A stretch of DNA of 64,000 nucleotides from the human T2T-CHM13v2.0 reference genome, Homo sapiens (GCF_009914755.1 NC_060928.1), one strand, 5' to 3'. Shown: positions 13,002-28,448, numbered from the stretch's first letter. The notes: generated by a model from the letters alone, not told the origin. Program-made: numbers and translations.

Positions 13002-13675
13002 TTTTTTTTTTTTTTTTCATTTTACTTTAAGTTCCAGGATACATGTGCAGAACATGTAGGTTTGTTACATAGGTATACATGTGCCATGGTGGTTTGCTGT
13101 ACCTATTAACCCATCATCTAGGTTTTAAGCCCCACATGCATTAGGTTTTTGTCCTAATGCTCTCCCTTCCCTTGCCCCCGACCCCCGGACAGGTCCCATT
13201 GTGTGTTGTTCTCCTCCCTGTGTCCATGTGTTCTCATTGTTCAACTCCCACTTATGAGTGAGAACATATGGTGTTTGGTTTTCTGTTCCCGTGTTACTTT
13301 GCTGAGAATGATGGTTTCCAGCTTCATGCATGTCCCTGTAAAGGACATGAACTCATCCTTTTTTATGGCTGCAAAGTATTCCATGGTGTGTATGTGCCAC
13401 ATTTTCTTTATCCAGTCTAACATTGATGTGCATTTGGGTTGGTTCCAAGTCTTTGCTATTATGAACAGTGCTGCAATAAGCATACATGCGCATGTGTCTT
13501 TATAGTAGAATGATTTATAATCCTTTGGGTAAATACCCAGTAATGGGATCATTGGGTCAAATGGTATTTCTGATTCTACTTCCTTGAGGAATCACCACAC
13601 TGTCTTCCACAATGGTTGAACTAATTTACACTCCCACCAACAGTGTAAAAGCATTCCTATTTCTCCACAGCCTCG
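13002..13675 (-). mobile_element. L1PA (about PA8) 3' end, 5'-truncated
   Basis: Poly(T), 3'UTR and ORF2 C-terminus (WIKKMWHIHTMEYFAAIK). Confidence 0.95.
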
Positions 13676-13684
13676 TGAGAAATG

Positions 13685-13766
13685 AGAGAATCACTTGAGC
13701 TCAGGAATTCGAGACCAGCCTGGTCAACATAGTGAGACCCCATCTCTATTTTTAAAAAAAAAAAAA
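13685..13766 (+). mobile_element. Partial Alu left monomer/FLAM
   Basis: gaatcacttgagctcaggaattcgagaccagcctgg...A tail. Confidence 0.8.
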
Positions 13767-14668
13767 CGGGCAGTCTGGATCGGGACGCTTTTCCGTCAAC
13801 ATCTTTCTGTTGAACCACTGAAGGGATAATATTAACTTTGGGTAGGTGCTGGGGTCTGGTAACATCTTTCTTTCTTCCAAATTTCTGGTGCCCTCTACTA
13901 TCTCCCACTTGATGGAAAAACAAGTAATCTCTGGATCACTTCCCTCGGGATGGGATGACCTGTGATGGCTGTCATGCTAACAAACATTTTGTTTGTTTGT
14001 TATTATGGATCATGGTTTTGTTACTCGTGGACCCCAGATGGTTTTATGAGCATGGAGCAGTATCAACAAGCTAGCAGGATGCATACCTCACCACAGCATC
14101 CTCAGGGCACTGTCCTTCAGTAGGAGTTCTGTCACCAAAACCAGGGGGCTGCTCCTCAATGATGCATCTCATCCTAGAGTGGGAGCTTATTTCTCATTCA
14201 ATAAACAGTTTCTGCATTAACGAGAACAGCAGCATAAAGAGCCACATCAGAAACTAGTATGTGTTGAAAGCCAGTGATTACTAATACTTCAAAATAATTC
14301 TGGGAGTAAAAGTAAAATGTGTTCAACCTTTCATGTCTTCCCTGAAGTCTTACAGGAAGCTTTTAGTGTTCTGTTTTTTATTTTCTCACATTTAGAGATA
14401 AGAATGGGAGAAGAGCAAACATCATCATGTTTATATATTGTTAGAAGAAAGCAGAATTAGAATAATTGAAGATATAAAATATCTACTTTGCATGGGAAAA
14501 TGTCATGTCTAATATCTGCTTTAAAATAATTCAACAAGAAGGAAAAAAATAAAGTTGATGATTATTGAAATGGGATGTTGGGTTTATGGGAGCTCATTAG
14601 ACTATTTCCTATTTTAGCTGTATTTAAAATTTGTCGTAACAATAAAAAGCGAAAAAGAATTCATATGG

Positions 14669-14966
<298 letters not shown>

Positions 14967-15027
14967 AAAAGAATTCATATGGATTGAAGAAGACATTCTC
15001 TGACATATTACTGACAGCACAAATTAG

Positions 15028-15329
<302 letters not shown>

Positions 15330-15566
15330 TTGCACAATCTTTTAAAAAGTAATGTGGAAGTATCTATTAGAATTTAAAATGTGCATACCTTTTGATTTAT
15401 CATCCCAGTTGAAATTTAACCTACAGAAATAATAACATTAATATTTATGTGCAAGGACATTCACTTTACTATCATAATAGCAAAATAATAGACACACAAA
15501 TGTTTATTAAATAGACCAATAGTTAATAAGACAAAAAAATACTATATCCATCTTAGTACATACAAG

Positions 15567-16126
15567 TGTCAGAGGCGTTTGAACTAGAGCAACTCCATCT
15601 TGAATAGGGGCTTGGTAAAATGAGGCTGAGACCTCCTGGGCTGCATTCCCAGATGGTTAAGGCATTCTAAGTCACAGGATGAGATAGGAGGTCGGCAAAA
15701 GATACGGGTCAAAAAGACACTGCTGATTAAACAGATTGCAGTAAATAAGCTGGCTAAAACCCACCAAAACCAAGGTTGCGATGAGAGTGACTCTGTTCAT
15801 CCTCACTGCTACACTCCCACCAAAGTCAAGTGACACTTTACAAATGCCATGGCAACATCAAGAAGTTACCCTATATGGTCTAAAAAGGGGAAGCTTGAAT
15901 AACCCACCCCTCGTTTACCATATGATAAAGAAATAACCATAAAAATAGACAACCAGCAGCCTTCAGGGCTTCTCTGCCGATGGAGTAGCCATTCTTTATT
16001 CCTTTAGGGATATAGGACTTTCCCAATGTCCTTGCTTTCACTTTAGGGACTCTTCCTGAATTCTTTCCTGCATGAGATCCAAGAACCCTCTCTTGGAGTC
16101 TGGATTGGGACCCCTAGCCAGTAACA
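15567..16126 (+). mobile_element. MER41A solo LTR
   Basis: TGTCAGAGGCGTTTGAAC start and ...ggacccctagccagtaaCA end; 4-bp TSD caag; lacks the MER41B GAS-containing block. Confidence 0.9.
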
Positions 16127-17325
16127 CAAGATGATTAGTACATACAAGATGAATATGTATGTACTACATGGCTCATGTTAGATCACTGAATGATGTTTTT
16201 AATTCCAAACCAGTATTATTGGCATTATGCATCTGTCCATTATATACTGACGTGTATAACTTTTGGGGAAAAGTTGAGAAGGATACATATTACATGGAGA
16301 ATGGTTAATGGAGTATGGGTTTGCTTTCATACTTTACTGTAAATACTTTGTATTTTTTTAAGTAGTAAGATTACAGGTGGTTTTGTTTGTTTACCCAAGT
16401 GGCAAAGCTGAGCGATAAACCCAGGCAGCCTGGCTCCAGATGCCTGGCTTTTAACAACTCACTAAATTGCCTTTAACTGGAGCAGTATATAAAGTGTGAA
16501 CTTAATATTCTTAGAATTTATTTTTATTTAGTTCTTCATATCATATCTTCATCTCTCCTATCATACTCAGAGTGACTATATGTTTCTGATTCCAAACATC
16601 CCTTACCATCCTTGCATCAAGAGTACCTTCTGTTTCATGAAGTATTGACCCATAATATTGCAGGCCCTGGGTACGTCCCTTAGAGATCTGTTTACAAGAA
16701 AGAAAGAAAGAACAAAGAACTACTTAACAGAACTTTAACATAAATCCCTGTTAATTGTGGTGCCCTTGAAATTATAACTTAGTTTGATAGTGTAGTTAAG
16801 CCAATTATTTTGAAAATGCTACCGAAATGTTCGGTAAGCAACAACCCCTCTGGCCCCCTTTGCCTGGTTTCTTTGTCATTGTTTGGAGCTTCTGCTTTGA
16901 AGTACAATAGCCTCTTTGTTGCGGAGCCATAGGTAAAAAGTACTCATGCTCAAAGGTGACAGATTCCTTTCATCATTAATCCCAGGATGACCCACCCCAC
17001 CCTCCAGAAGTTCTTAGTCTATAAAGGTTCTCATGTATATGCCTGTTAAAACCAAGTTCTTTTAGCCTTGTTCTTGCCTTTCTTCCTACCTCCTTTGCAA
17101 TTGCTTTTTCCTTAAGGCATTTTATTTAAGTGGAGACACTAAGTTATGTAAGAGAGGCAAGGAACATTTTCTTGCCTAGCCAACTAAAGGAATCTTCTTG
17201 AAGTAAATTGAGATAAGAGTAGTGAAAAAAGGCAAATTTTCTGCCAAAAAAATCAAAAAATTATTGTTAATATATTACCCAGAATTAATTAGATGGGCAG
17301 TTTAGCAACAGCATTACATTACTAA

Positions 17326-17796
<471 letters not shown>

Positions 17797-18330
17797 TCAG
17801 AGCATATTCTTAAATTATCCTGGTCTTTTCTATTCAGAAGCTTTGTGCACCAGGTATGTTTACTAACATGAATATGAAAATATTTCTGCTCGTAAACTTC
17901 AGTGTAAAACTCCAGAGCAAATATGATGAACTTTTTACGACTGATATTGGTCTTATTTGTAATTTGTAGAATTTAACTCTGCAGCAATAGATAAGCCCAT
18001 GCACATCAGTATGCAAATGAAAATGGTGGCTATCTTAAAATCTTCCCTAAAAGAAATATGCCCTGAGCTAGCACATACAGTGTAGATACCATGATGCCCA
18101 ATAATACTTACCAGGTTCTTTCATCCACTAAAATTATTTAGAATATTTCCACCAGGGCAAAATGAATAAACAAACTTTTATCTGATCTTCATATTAAATA
18201 GTTGAGAAAAACTGCCTACCATGGCAGCCACTCCCAATAAGAACTGTGATGATAATTTGACCTCAAAAGAGTACCCCATCAACCCCACTTGTTCCCCACT
18301 TGTTCCCCACCTTTTCCCTGAAATGGTCAC

Positions 18331-18781
18331 TTTCATGCGCGTCCGTGTGAAGAGACCACCAAACAGGCTTTGTGTGAGCAATAAAGTTTTTAATCACCTG
18401 GGTGCAGGCGGGCTGAGTCCGAAAAGAGAGTCAGCGAAGGGAGATAGGGGTGGGGCCATTTTATAAGATTTGGGTAGGTAAAGGAAAATTACAGTCAAAG
18501 GGGGTTTGTTCTCTGGCGGGCAGGAGTGGGGGTCGCAAGGTGCTCAGTGGGGGAGATTTTTGAGCCAGGATGAGCCAGGAAAACGACTTTCACAAGGTAA
18601 TGTCATCAGTTAAGGCAAGGACCGGCCATTTACACTTCTTTTGTGGTGGAATGTCATCAGTTAAGGTGGGGCAGGGCATTTTCACTTCTTTTGTGATTCT
18701 TCAGTTACTTCAGGCCATCTGGGCGTCTATGTGCAAGTCACAGGGGATGCGATGGCTTGGCTTGGGCTCAGAGGCCTGACA
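18331..18781 (-). mobile_element. LTR7 (HERV-H) solo LTR
   Basis: Minus strand TGTCAGGCCTCTGAGCCCAAGCCAAGCCATCGC ... CACACGGACGCGCATGAAA; perfect 5-bp TSD gtcac. Confidence 0.97.
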
Positions 18782-18786
18782 GTCAC

Positions 18787-19110
18787 CAAGGAAAACTTTC
18801 CACCTCTAACATTGAACAATTCTTCCTGTTTTGAAATGATCCCAACTGCTTGCCCCTTTATGGCCTACCAGCTATTGCCAGATGAACTCAATGACCACTC
18901 AATAAAATTCTCTCTTGCTTCTAAAATTCCTACCTTAATAAATGCTTGCCAATCAGAGGCTTAGTATTTTCTTCACACACTATAAACTCATACTTGTCCA
19001 ATACCATTGAAGACCTGCTGAAATAAAACATTGCCAAGGGCTTTCTTGCTACAAGTTTATGAATAAATAGACTGTTAATTTTGCCACATGCTTAGTTTTG
19101 TCTTTAACCA
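18787..19110 (+). mobile_element. Probable old ERV1-class LTR 3' part hosting the LTR7
   Basis: AATAAA followed by ...ttttgtctttaacca, an LTR-like ending; family not identified. Confidence 0.35.
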
Positions 19111-19153
19111 TAATTGTATATGATATGTTAAACTATCTCCTAAATATCTCTGA

Positions 19154-19514
<361 letters not shown>

Positions 19515-20161
19515 TAGAATGAGAATTAGTCCAGGAAGTGATCTCTTTGCCTCCAATGTCCTCGGATTCATCCTTGTCTTGCTGACAAAGTATTATTGGT
19601 AGAAGGCAAATGCATTCACACCCTTCTTTTATTTTAATGGCATCCCCAAAGCTAACTAACGTAATAATACCCAAATGCTTTCCAAAAGACTTGCAATAAT
19701 AGTAATAGTAGTAGAATATTCTAATGAAAATAAATTAATACGTGTTAATTTATAATAAGAGTTTCCATTAACCTTGACAAATACTCTGAAGGGTAGAAAG
19801 GCTTTGTTATCCTAGCTGAGAAATCTAAGATTCAAGGAAGCTAAATGAAATTGCTCAAGGTAACTTAGCTAGTAAGTAGCGGATCCAGAATCTAAAACTG
19901 TGTTTATCAGATTCCAAAGCCCATGCTTTCCTGAATGCCCTCCCCAACAGCCATACTGAATTCTTTCCATTCTTTCAGTATGCTGTGCTGGCTCATACAT
20001 CCTTCCCTCTGTACATGCTTCTGTCACTCTCATCTTCTGTGAAACTTTCCCACACCTTCACTCTCCCCAGGCAGAGATGACTGTTTCCTCTCCCTACTGC
20101 TGCTTTAGCTGAAACTTGCCTCTTTCATAGTCTTCATCACACTTTAATATTATATAAATAA

Positions 20162-20538
<377 letters not shown>

Positions 20539-21026
20539 AAAGTGTTACTCTGACATACCAAATGACATAGAATTTTCAGAGAATGAAAAAAAACCTTTTT
20601 TTATTGCTCATTAAGGCTCTTCAACAAAGAAAGGAAACGGAGATGATAATTAGTTATTTCCTCAGTGAGTTAGTTTGAAGACTAAATCAGTGGTTCTAAA
20701 ACCTGACTGTAAACTGAAATTCCCTTAGGAGAGTGGGATAATGTGAATCTCCAGATCTTATGCCATATCTTGTGATTCATAAATTGTATATGATTCATGA
20801 TTCTATGTGCATGTGGATATCCAGGGGGATCTACTAAGCAACTAGATTTGGCTACCACAGAATTTAATGTTATAAGCTATTTAAACACTCATTAAACACA
20901 ATGCCCAGCCCATGGTAAATGCTCAATAAATGTTAAATGATAACACCTTACAAATGTCATACTACTTCACAATTTACAACGTATTCACACAACAATTATT
21001 CCACTTGATCTTCAGAACAATACCAG

Positions 21027-22833
21027 TGATATGGTTTGGATCTGTGTCTTCACCCAAATCTCATGTGGAATTGTAGTCCCCAAAGTTGGAGATGGAGCCC
21101 AGTGGGAGGTGATTGGATCATGGGGGCAAATTTTTCCCCTTGGTACTATTGAGAGGTGACAGCCTGCTGGCAGCCCTTGCAGCCCTCGCTCACTCCCGGC
21201 GCCTCCTCTGCCTGGGCACCCACTCTGGCGGTGGTTGAGGAGCCCTTCAGCCCGCCGCTGCACTGTGGGAGCCCCTTCCTGGGATGGCGGAGGCCGGAGC
21301 CAGCTCCCTCAGCTTGCGTGCAGGGAGGTGTGGAGGGAGAGGCGCGAGCGGGAACCAGGGCTGCGCGAGGCGCTCGCGGGCCAGCTGGAGTTCTGGGTGG
21401 GCGTGGGCTTGGTGGGCCCCGCACTCGGAGCCGCCGGCCGGCCCCGCCAGCCCCGGGCAGTGAGGGGCTTAGCACCCGGGCCAGCAGCTGTGGAGGGTGC
21501 ACCGGGTCCCCCAGCAGTGCCGGCCCACCTGCGCTGCGCTTGATTTCTCACGGCCCTTAGCTGCCTCCCCATGGGGCAGAGCTCGGGACCTTCAGCCCGC
21601 CATGCCTGAGCCTCCCCACCCCCGCCCTGGGCTCCTGCGCAGCCCCAGCCTCCCAGACGAGCGCCGCCCCCTGCTCAATGGCGCCCGGTCCCATCGACCG
21701 CCCAAGGGCTGAGGACTGCTGGCACACCGCTGCTACTGGCAGGCAGCTCCACCTGCGGCCCCAGTAGGGGATCCACTAGGTGAAGCCAGCTGGGCTCCTG
21801 AGTCTAGTGGGGACTTGGAGAAACTTCATGTCTAGCTAACTTTGTCTAGCAATCAGCACTCTGTGTCTGGCTCAAGGTTTGTAAATGCACCAATCAGCAC
21901 TCTGTGTCTAGCTCAGGATTTGTAAATGCGCCAATCAGCACCCTATGTCTAGCCCAGGGCTTGTGAATGCACCAATCAGTGCTCTGTGTCTAGCTAATCT
22001 AGGGGAGACTTGGAGAACTTTTGTGTCTAGCTCAGGGATTGTAAATGCACCAATCAGCACCCTGTCAAAATGGACCAATCAGCTCTCTGTAAAACAGACC
22101 AATCAGCTCTCTGTAAAATGGACCAATCAGCAGGATGTGGGTGGGGCCAGATAAGGGAATAAAAGCAGGCTGCCCAAGCCAGCAGTGGCAAACCCCCTGG
22201 GTCCTCTCCTGCACCGTGGAAGCTTTGTTGTTTTGCTCTTTGCAATAAATATTGCTGCTGCTGACTGTTTGGGTCCATGCTGCCTTTATGAGCTGTAACA
22301 CTCACCGCGAAGGTCTGCAGCTTCACTCCTGACGCCAGGGAGACCATGAACCCACCAGAAGGAAGAAACTCCAAACACATCTGAACATCAGAAGGAACAA
22401 ACTCCGGACATGCTGCCTTTAAGAACTGTAGCACTGACTGCAAGGGTCCGCGGCTTCATTCTTGAAGTCAGTGAGACCAAGAACCCAACAATTCCGGATA
22501 CACTATGTAGGGATAGTGAGCAAGTTCTCATGAGATCTAGTTGTTTAAAAGTGTGTGGCTTTTTTTTAACACTTTTTGGTTAAAGTGTTAAACCACCCCA
22601 CCTTCCTCCTACTCCAGCCATGTGAAGATGCCTGTTTCCCCTTCACCTTCCACCGTGGTTATAAGATTCCTGAGGCCTCCCCAGAAGCAGAAGCTGCTAT
22701 GCCTCCTATACAGCCTGCAGAACTGTGAGCAAATTAAACCTCTTTTCTTTGTAAATTACACAGTCTCACATATTATTTTATAGCAATTTTTAAATTCTTT
22801 TATTTTATAGCAATTTGAGAACAGACTAACACA
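21027..22833 (+). mobile_element. MSTA-type MaLR LTR split by LTR12C (pieces 21027-21149 and 22503-22833)
   Basis: tgatatggtttggatctgtgtc start; attaaacctcttttc...gaacagactaacaca end. Confidence 0.88.
21150..22502 (+). mobile_element. LTR12C-type (ERV9) solo LTR
   Basis: TGAGAGGTGACAGC start and attccggataCA end; TSD ctat; CpG-rich U3; tandem CCAATCAGC repeats 21890-22131. Confidence 0.95.
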
Positions 22834-23318
22834 AAGATCAACATTAATCTCTCTCATCCCAAACTATTCAGTAGAATGTAATCACTTAAATGCTGTCTCC
22901 TTCTATTGGAATGAAATAAAGAGATGAAGACCCCTTAAAAATAAAACTTTCTTTAGCCTGAAAAAACTCATCTGCTCTTCCAATGGTAGATTGAATATGA
23001 TGACTCCCAGCTTTGGGTAATCAGATCTCTAGCTTGTTTAAATGGCATTTAGATCCACTGGTCATTAGGAGGAGAAAATAAAGAGTACTGGTTGGGCAAT
23101 CAACACTGTTGTAAGAGTTATCTTTAGGCAAGATACAAATCTATATTTAGCCAAAAGAGTACCAAACCTTTATTTTCCAAGAAGGAAGAACACCAAAAGA
23201 ATGAGAAAAGATGCTGTTGTAAACGTGATGCCAAATTGTGCAATTCCTACTCGCTCATGCAACTTCAGAAAGCTGAAGTTGAGCAAATTCTTCCAAATTT
23301 TTGCTTCCGGAAGTCCCA

Positions 23319-23352
23319 GCAGGGCACCCTAGTGGTAATACTAAGAATTACA
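23319..23352 (-). promoter_or_regulatory. Candidate CTCF site with upstream (U) motif
   Basis: Minus strand tgtaattc-ttagtatta-CCACTAGGGTGCCCTGC resembles the CCASYAGRKGGCRS core with a TGCAGT-like upstream module. Confidence 0.55.
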
Positions 23353-23438
23353 TCTAATATATTGAGTAATCTCTGTCAATAAATGAACATAGAAAGTCAT
23401 AAAAAAGATATACAATAGGTTTCATGTCAAATTAGGTA

Positions 23439-23670
<232 letters not shown>

Positions 23671-24169
23671 AGTCACACTACAGTAAAAATGAATTTTAAT
23701 CAGGGGCTTGAGGGAAAAATCCTATAAGTAGTGTCAATATCCTTTTTGAAACTGTATTTGTATGAAGTTCCTAAGTTCTAACCAGTTACATCAGAGATGA
23801 GAATGAGTGGGCAGGCAATATTGCTTCTGTGCTAATCCAATAAATTTAATGATTTAATTTGTGATTTATTATGACATTTTTAAATAAATACATCTAAATA
23901 AATTTAAATGCTGTTGGACTCACGAATTTAATTTGAAACGTATAAATAAGTTTGACTGATATTAGACTTGTAACTTTAATTCAAAAATTGTGAAATTATT
24001 TGTTCATGAACATTATTTCAAATTTTAAAATAATTCAATATTAAACCCTCAAGTTTAAATTTATCAGATATGTAAGTAATAGTCAAATGCTTGAATAGAC
24101 TTGTTGGATTTGCAAGCCTTCCTTGATTTGTTGTATCCTTCCCTCAGACATTGGAAAACTCCAGTTGAG

Positions 24170-24368
24170 CTTTCTCTTCACACATGCCCTCTTCGCCTTT
24201 GACCTTCTCTGTCAACGTTTTGACTTAGCACAAAAGCTCTCACCAGAAGCCTAGCAGATGACAGCACCATGCTTCTTGTACAACCTGTAGAACCATGAGC
24301 TAAATAAACCTCTTTTCCTTGTAAATTACCCAGCCTCAGGTATTCCTCTTTTAGCAACACAAAATGGA
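24170..24368 (+). mobile_element. MST (MaLR) LTR 3' fragment
   Basis: gaaccatgagctaaataaacctcttttccttgtaaattacccagcctcaggtattcc. Confidence 0.8.
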
Positions 24369-24537
24369 AAAAAAAATCTTCAATTGAGTATCTTCTAAAT
24401 AGATGGTAAGAATATGTAAGAGATAGAAAAAAGAGAGACAATACTGTGTATTGGTTTTGTTAATGTGTCTACTAATTTCCTCTGTTTGGAATGACTGGCA
24501 TTTCTTAATGTTTCTACTTCTATTAACATTGAGTGGA

Positions 24538-24907
<370 letters not shown>

Positions 24908-24990
24908 TTAATCAAAATTTACAATTAGGTGGACACAAATTCCATTCACAAAATTATTTTAATTTTATTCCTGATCACCTTATATTCCTT

Positions 24991-25100
24991 AAAAAGAAAA
25001 AAAAAAGAAGGAAGCAGGGAGGAAGGAGGGAGGGGAAGGATAAAAGAAGGAAAGAAGGAAGGGAGAGAGGGAGGAAAGGTTGGGAGGGAGGGAGGGAAAA
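24991..25100. repeat. Purine-rich (GGAA/GGGA)n low-complexity tract
   Basis: Direct inspection. Confidence 0.9.
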
Positions 25101-25124
25101 AGGCAAAATTCCTACGTTTCAGAG

Positions 25125-25504
25125 TGCTATGATCTGAATGTGTCCCCCCAGAGTTTTGTATTGGAACTTAATTAACACTGTGATAGTGTTAAGAGGTGAG
25201 GTCTTTAGGAGGTGAATAAGTCAAGAGGGCAGAGCTCTCATAAATGATCAGTGACTTATAAAAGAGCTGTGAGGGAGCTATTCATCCCTTCCACCCTTTT
25301 TTTTTTCTTAAACCCCTTCTCCATGTGAGAATGGAGCAACAAGTTGCCATCATGGAAGCAGAGAGCAGCCCTCACTAGGCACCAAACCTGCCAGCACCTT
25401 GATCTCATGCTCCCCAGCTTCCAGAACGCTAAGAAATAAATTTCTATTGTATATAAATTACCGTCTGGGGTATTTTGTTTGAGCAGCGCAAATAATCTAA
25501 GACA
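25125..25504 (+). mobile_element. MSTD/MLT1A-type MaLR solo LTR
   Basis: tgctatgatctgaatgtgtcccc ... aataaatttctattg ... ctaagaca; TSD caga(g/c). Confidence 0.85.
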
Positions 25505-25896
25505 CAGACATATTCAAAATGTAATCCTTTTACTCTTTTCTCTTTTGGAAATATTCAGTCATTCACCAAATATTTTTCAGGTGCCCAAGTGCCACATCCT
25601 GTGTTAGATGCTAAAGATGCACTCCTGAGTAATACAGGCATGGCCCATACTGTGTAGAATTTAAACAGAACTTAATAAGGTACAATAGAATAGACTAAAA
25701 AACTACAAAAGACAAGTAGATTTTAATTTTCTAATTAACTTGAAATATCTCTAAAGTATATTTTAATTCCTCACTTTATCAATATTTACTATACTAATAG
25801 ATGTATTGAATTTAAAGGGTAGATGTGGGAAAAAAAGGTTCTGTTACACCAAATGCCCCGTAGGTGGATTTTTAAGATAAATATTTTCACATTTCA

Positions 25897-26283
<387 letters not shown>

Positions 26284-28124
26284 TCACAATTAGTATAGTA
26301 TATTAATTGTTTTATAAGCTTAGACAATACCATACAACAAAAATCTTTACTTCTAATCCATGGAAATTAAGTCTGAAATTATTTTTAGCCTATTAATACA
26401 ATTTTGAAATGCCTTCTAAAGGAATTATATAAGACAGGAATCATTGACATTCAAGTTAATTAAGAAAATCTCTTTATAATTTAAAAAAATCTCCTATAGT
26501 CTATAAGATTTTATAGGAAATAATTAAATGCAAATAAGAAAGCCATCTCAATATGAATTTTGCTGGCTCTTGAGAAAATATTTTAATTTTAAAAACCACT
26601 TGATATACTTGTTCTTTTCTAAGTGTTTCATCCATTTCCATGAACTGAAAAGTATAATTTAGATTTAGGTCTTCCCTGCAAGAATTGGTCAGAAGCATTC
26701 CTACACAATACACAAAATTCAGAAGGTAAGCACAAAAGGCTAAGTCTACTCTCTTACTATAAGAACAAACAAGCTAACATTGCACTTTCTCAGTCTTTGA
26801 GTCCTATCTGATTTCTTCATTCTTGTCTGATTACTTCTCTGGCCTCAATCTGTTAACACTGCCCCTTTTCCTACTCTTTAAACACCACTTAGCACACTGA
26901 AGTTGTACTGACCCATTTACATCTTTTGACATTATGGTTTAGTGTTTCTCATACTGTGCTATACATTTCCTTTTACTTTGTTCAAGCAATAGAAATGATT
27001 TTGTCATAAATTTTGACCCCAGCCCTTGTTCAAAAATGGGCACATTAAAAATTTGTGCTTACCTTTTAGATGTCTCTCAAATAATCTTATTGTTTCATTC
27101 AAATCCAAAGATCTAGTTTAGTTTCTGTGGAGCTGAAATGCTTACTGGTTGTCTCCTCACTGGCTCTACAACCTGCAGGCTGCCTCCCACTTATCAAATC
27201 ATTCCTTAATCTTGTTTTCGAAGACAATGGCAGCAGTGACTATCAGCTGGTGATAACATTTGGTGCCTTCGAGATTTCAGCATTTCATGTCCCTTGTCTG
27301 GGACACATGCATACCACCAGGCTCACCCTGTTTCTGGGTTTTCTACAGCTTGGTAAAACTATCACGGCTTCTCAATTTCTTACTTAATGCTTAGAGGACA
27401 TCTACGGGAGTTTGGATTGGGTTGTCTGTCTTGCTGGAATCAGACATTAAATAGTGCCAGTGCTTAGAACCACAGACTCAGCACCTGCATCTGGCTCTGA
27501 TTCACATCTGCTGTCTACTATCTAGTTCAAAATCATACAAGTTTTTTTTGTTCATGGTCACGTGATCAGAAATCCACATAAAAGCAGGCAGCATGAATTA
27601 TTTTATTGATTTATTACAATGATGAGGCAAGAAGGTCTGTGTGGCAACTCTTGGGGTGATCAAGTGCATGTAGAGGTTCTAGCTATACTTGTTTACCTCT
27701 GGTCGTGGTTCTTCAAAACACTCCAAAGTGGACTTTTAGTGGAATTTAATTTGAACATCTCAAAATTGATTAATTCAACTTCAATTATAGTGTCTAATAT
27801 AATACCTTATAGCAGGCAATTATCCAACATAGCACAGAATTAGTTGGGACAAACTGGCACCCAGTTTGTGCTTGGGTTTTTTGTTGTTATTGTTTGTTTG
27901 TTAATCTCAGGGAATATATGCAGCATTTTAGATGCTCAGGTTCTACTTTAATTTTAGAAACACAATATTGTGTTCTTACTGCCACTCCTCCTTGTTTGGT
28001 ACAGATCCTATAACACAAAAAGTGTTTAAAAATGTGAATTTAATACAGGTGAATTAACATTTTCTAAGCTAGTGGCCTGTCTTTCTGGTGAAGCAAAGCT
28101 ATAATTTTCCTATTCTTTAAAGCC

Positions 28125-28406
<282 letters not shown>

Positions 28407-28448
28407 ACCACAATTTTGATCGCAAACGCGTACAATCAACCCTATCAT

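Noticed and set aside
15870-15910. Interferon-inducible STAT1 enhancer in MER41
   Set aside because: The tandem GAS block of MER41B is absent
21012-21712. GC-rich ORFs and a CpG island suggesting a gene
   Set aside because: Entirely within the LTR12C U3 region
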